The notes under the pieces: model-generated | Database searches by the model: none | The model's input: only the letters and a program-made list of their open reading frames with translations | What the model was told of the DNA's origin: nothing | Origin: Neoechinorhynchus agilis | Lineage: Eukaryota > Animalia > Acanthocephala | NCBI GenBank assembly: GCA_051530055.1 | Contig: CM121342.1 | Coordinates: forward strand, 5,827,489-5,891,488 | Length of the DNA: 64,000 bases | Direction: 5' to 3' | Translations under genes and position numbers: made by a program | In this document: piece after piece, positions 60,800-64,000 of the stretch | Layout: every line of letters begins with the position of its first letter | Numbering within the stretch: the first letter of the stretch is position 1

Positions 60800-61428
60800 T
60801 TACGACAAACTGAATGAGACTATGATATCGTCTATGTGTTCAACCTTTGTTTTTGCTACTGCAGAAGATATTGTTTTTGCCAAGTTTCGTGTTTGTTCAT
60901 AGAGTTCTTTTGGAGGCAATGGTTGCTCAAAAAGTTCATTGACATTAGTTGTCCAATCTGAATGAATGATCACTTTCGGGTTAAGAAATACAGGAGTTTC
61001 AAGAATGCCTAGTTGATGTTCGTATAAGGCTAAAAGTATCTTTAGAATTCATCCCAATGATACTTTTCCTTCCCATAAAACCAAGCTCGGTCGGATAAAG
61101 CGCCCTTGTCGTCATCCACAAGACCAACATCAAGAATAGCGTCCGTTGTAGATGCCATGATTTCAATGACAGGATCTTCGTAGGAAGCTGCTGCAGCTTC
61201 TGTGAGAGGACGACGACTTCCACCGCCTCCACCACCAGTTCCGAAAATGCCACCTCCTCCAGTTTCATTAATGATATTACCAACTGAATCCACAGTTGAA
61301 CCATGGAAAAGGGATGACCGTGAAGTTACTGTATTTTGATTACCGCTGATAAGTCGTGTCCTTTCGTTCGGTTCATCGATGTCTCGAGAACAACAGCAGC
61401 AAAATGCACGCCTCAGGCCGCCTAACAT
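60800..61428 (-). CDS. LAMTOR1: Ragulator subunit LAMTOR1 (p18)
   Basis: N-terminal Cys cluster, ERTRLI, I-x-x-S-T-x-x-A-I-L-D-V, DRAWFY, and C-terminal KVEHIDDIIVSF; 192 codons after removing 53 nt TA-to-TA. Confidence 0.82.
61023..61077 (-). other. TA-flanked hairpin intervening sequence (53 nt removed)
   Basis: Sense strand: TA-TGGG-AAGG-AAAAGTATC...GATACTTTT-AG-CCTT-A-TA. The join gives DRAWFYEHQLGIL; the internal GT..AG pair is out of frame. Confidence 0.87.
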
Positions 61429-61714
61429 TTTCTACAAGATAGATATTCCAAAAATTGAGATTGCGTTTATGAAGGCTCACAATAAATATTCGATACTTTT
61501 AAAATTTCAAACTTATGGTTCGATAAAAATAATCTCTCCAACAAATCACTTGGTCGTTATTTTCATGACCAAAAAATCTTAAAGATAAGAGGAATTTTAA
61601 AATTGAGAACGTGGGTAATTTAAACTTTGTGCGTACAAAGCTGATTTCATACACAATTTATTGTCGCATTATCAAAGAAATAAAAATCCTCAAAGCTCGT
61701 TTTTAGGAGAAAAG

Positions 61715-64000
61715 CGACACTTTCAAATTGTTTTTATCGAATTTACGTTCAATGCGAGTGCGGCAACCAGAAAGAGAACTATACGAAATAAACGAAATAA
61801 AGGAAGAAAACGTTCAAATACGAAAACTGAACAAATCGCGGATATTGTAAATTTATCCTTTTTCGTATCTTTTTGTACAAGAAAGAAAGCATAAAATTAA
61901 ATATTCCCGGATTATTTTAAGCTCCTATAAAGAAAACAACGACACTTCAAATTGTTTTAGTCGAATTTACGTTCAATGCGAGTGCGGCAACCAGAAAGAG
62001 AACTATACGAAATAAACGAAATAAAGGAAGAAAACGTTCAAATGCGAAAACTGAACAAATCGCGGATATTGTAAATTTATCCTTTTTCGTATCTTTTTGT
62101 ACAAGAAAGAAAGCATAAAATTAAATATTCCCGGATTATTTTAAGCTCCTATAAAGAAAACAACGACACTTCAAATTGTTTTAGTCGAATTTACGTTCAA
62201 TGCGAGTGCGGCAACCAGAAAGAGAACTATACGAAATAAACGAAATAAACGAAGAAAACGTTCAAATACGAAAACTGAACAAATCGCGGATATTGTAAAT
62301 TTATCCTTTTTCGTATCTTTTTGTACAAGAAAGAAAGCATAAAATTAAATATTCCCGGATTATTTTAAGCTCCTATAAAGAAAACAACGACACTTCAAAT
62401 TGTTTTAGTCGAATTTACGTTCAATGCGAGTGCGGCAACCAGAAAGAGAACTATACGAAATAAACGAAGAAAACGTTCAAATGCGAAAACTGAACAAATC
62501 GCGGATATTGTAAATTTATCCTTTTTCGTACCTTTTTGTACAAGAAAGAAAGCATAAAATTAAATATTCCCGGATTATTTTAAGCTCCTATAAAGAAAAC
62601 AACGACACTTCAAATTGTTTTAGTCGAATTTACGTTCAATGCGAGTGCGGCAACCAGAAAGAGAACTATACGAAATAAAGGAAGAAAACGTTCAAATGCG
62701 AAAACTGAACAAATCGCGGATATTGTAAATTTATCCTTTTTCGTACCTTTTTGTACAAGAAAGAAAGCATAAAATTAAATATTCCCGGATTATTTTAAGC
62801 TCCTATAAAGAAAACAACGACACTTCAAATTGTTTTAGTCGAATTTACGTTCAATGCGAGTGCGGCAACCAGAAAGAGAACTATACGAAATAAACGAAAT
62901 AAACGAAGAAAACGTTCAAATACGAAAACTGAACAAATCGCGGATATTGTAAATTTATCCTTTTTCGTACCTTTTTGTACAAGAAAGAAAGCATAAAATT
63001 AAATATTCCCGGATTATTTTAAGCTATAAAGAAAACAACGACACTTCAAATTGTTTTAGTCGAATTTACGTTCAATGCGAGTGCGGCAACCAGAAAGAGA
63101 AAACGAAATAAACGAAGAAAACGTTCAAATACGAAAACTGAACAAATCGCGGATATTGTAAATTTATCCTTTTTCGTACCTTTTTGTACAAGAAAGAAAG
63201 CATAAAATTAAATATTCCCGGATTATTTTAAGCTCCTATAAAGAAAACAACGACACTTCAAATTGTTTTAGTCGAATTTACGTTCAATGCGAGTGCGGCA
63301 ACCAGAAAGAGAACTATACGAAATAAACGAAATAAACGAAGAAAACGTTCAAATGCGAAAACTGAACAAATCGCGGATATTGTAAATTTATCCTTTTTCG
63401 TACCTTTTTGTACAAGAAAGAAAGCATAAAATTAAATATTCCCGGATTATTTTAAGCTCCTATAAAGAAAACAACGACACTTCAAATTGTTTTAGTCGAA
63501 TTTACGTTCAATGCGAGTGCGGCAACCAGAAAGAGAACTATACGAAATAAACGAAATAAACGAAGAAAACGTTCAAATACGAAAACTGAACAAATCGCGG
63601 ATATTGTAAATTTATCCCGTATCTTTTTGTACAAGAAAGAAAGCATAAAATTAAATATTCCCGGATTATTTTAAGCTCCTATAAAGAAAACAACGACACT
63701 TCAAATTGTTTTAGTCGAATTTACGTTCAATGCGAGTGCGGCAACCAGAAAGAGAACTATACGAAATAAACGAAATAAACGAAGAAAACGTTCAAATACG
63801 AAAACTGAACAAATCGCGGATATTGTAAATTTATCCTTTTTCGTATCTTTTTGTACAAGAAAGAAAGCATAAAATTAAATATTCCCGGATTATTTTAAGC
63901 TATAAAGAAAACAACGACACTTCAAATTGTTTTAGTCGAATTTACGTTCAATGCGAGTGCAGCAACCAGAAAGAGAAATAAACGAAATAAACGAAGAAAA
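61715..64000. repeat. 215-224-bp satellite array, at least 10 copies, running off the window
   Basis: GCTCCTATAAAG at 61921, 62145, 62369, 62584, 62799 and so on; length variation comes from AAATAAACG copy number. Confidence 0.97.

Noticed and set aside
28858-61428. Functional clustering of RagA and LAMTOR1 (same mTORC1 pathway)
   Set aside because: They are 30 kb apart with unrelated genes between them; chance is sufficient.

Overview
AT-rich, gene-dense eukaryotic DNA in the standard genetic code, most likely from an animal (MOV10L1/Armitage, extended-Tudor, LAMTOR1, TTLL10, NDUFA8, RagA, SSR2). Ordinary introns are very short GT-AG introns (mostly 33-55 nt). The main discovery is a second class of intervening sequence. 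Six genes (Tudor-2, cathepsin L, RPUSD2 twice, BMS1 twice, carboxypeptidase D-like, LAMTOR1) are interrupted by segments that begin right after a TA dinucleotide, end with a TA, and fold back into a hairpin joining the two ends. These segments are unrelated to each other in sequence. Removing each from TA to TA (keeping one TA) restores the reading frame. In most cases it also restores the conserved protein register, including the catalytic HRLD motif of RPUSD2. Removed lengths are 47, 47, 49, 53, 63, 81, about 1820 and 3176 nt. This looks like a structure-defined, non-GT-AG intron class, or TA-bounded IES-like DNA elimination, probably derived from the foldback MITEs that are common in the window. 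Also present: a near-full-length CRE-clade RLE non-LTR retrotransposon with several relics, a tRNA-derived SINE with target-site duplication whose body is tandemly amplified, about 12 tandem arrays, and a 2.2-kb segmental duplication of an orphan repeat-protein gene. All calls come from manual reading; no searches were run.
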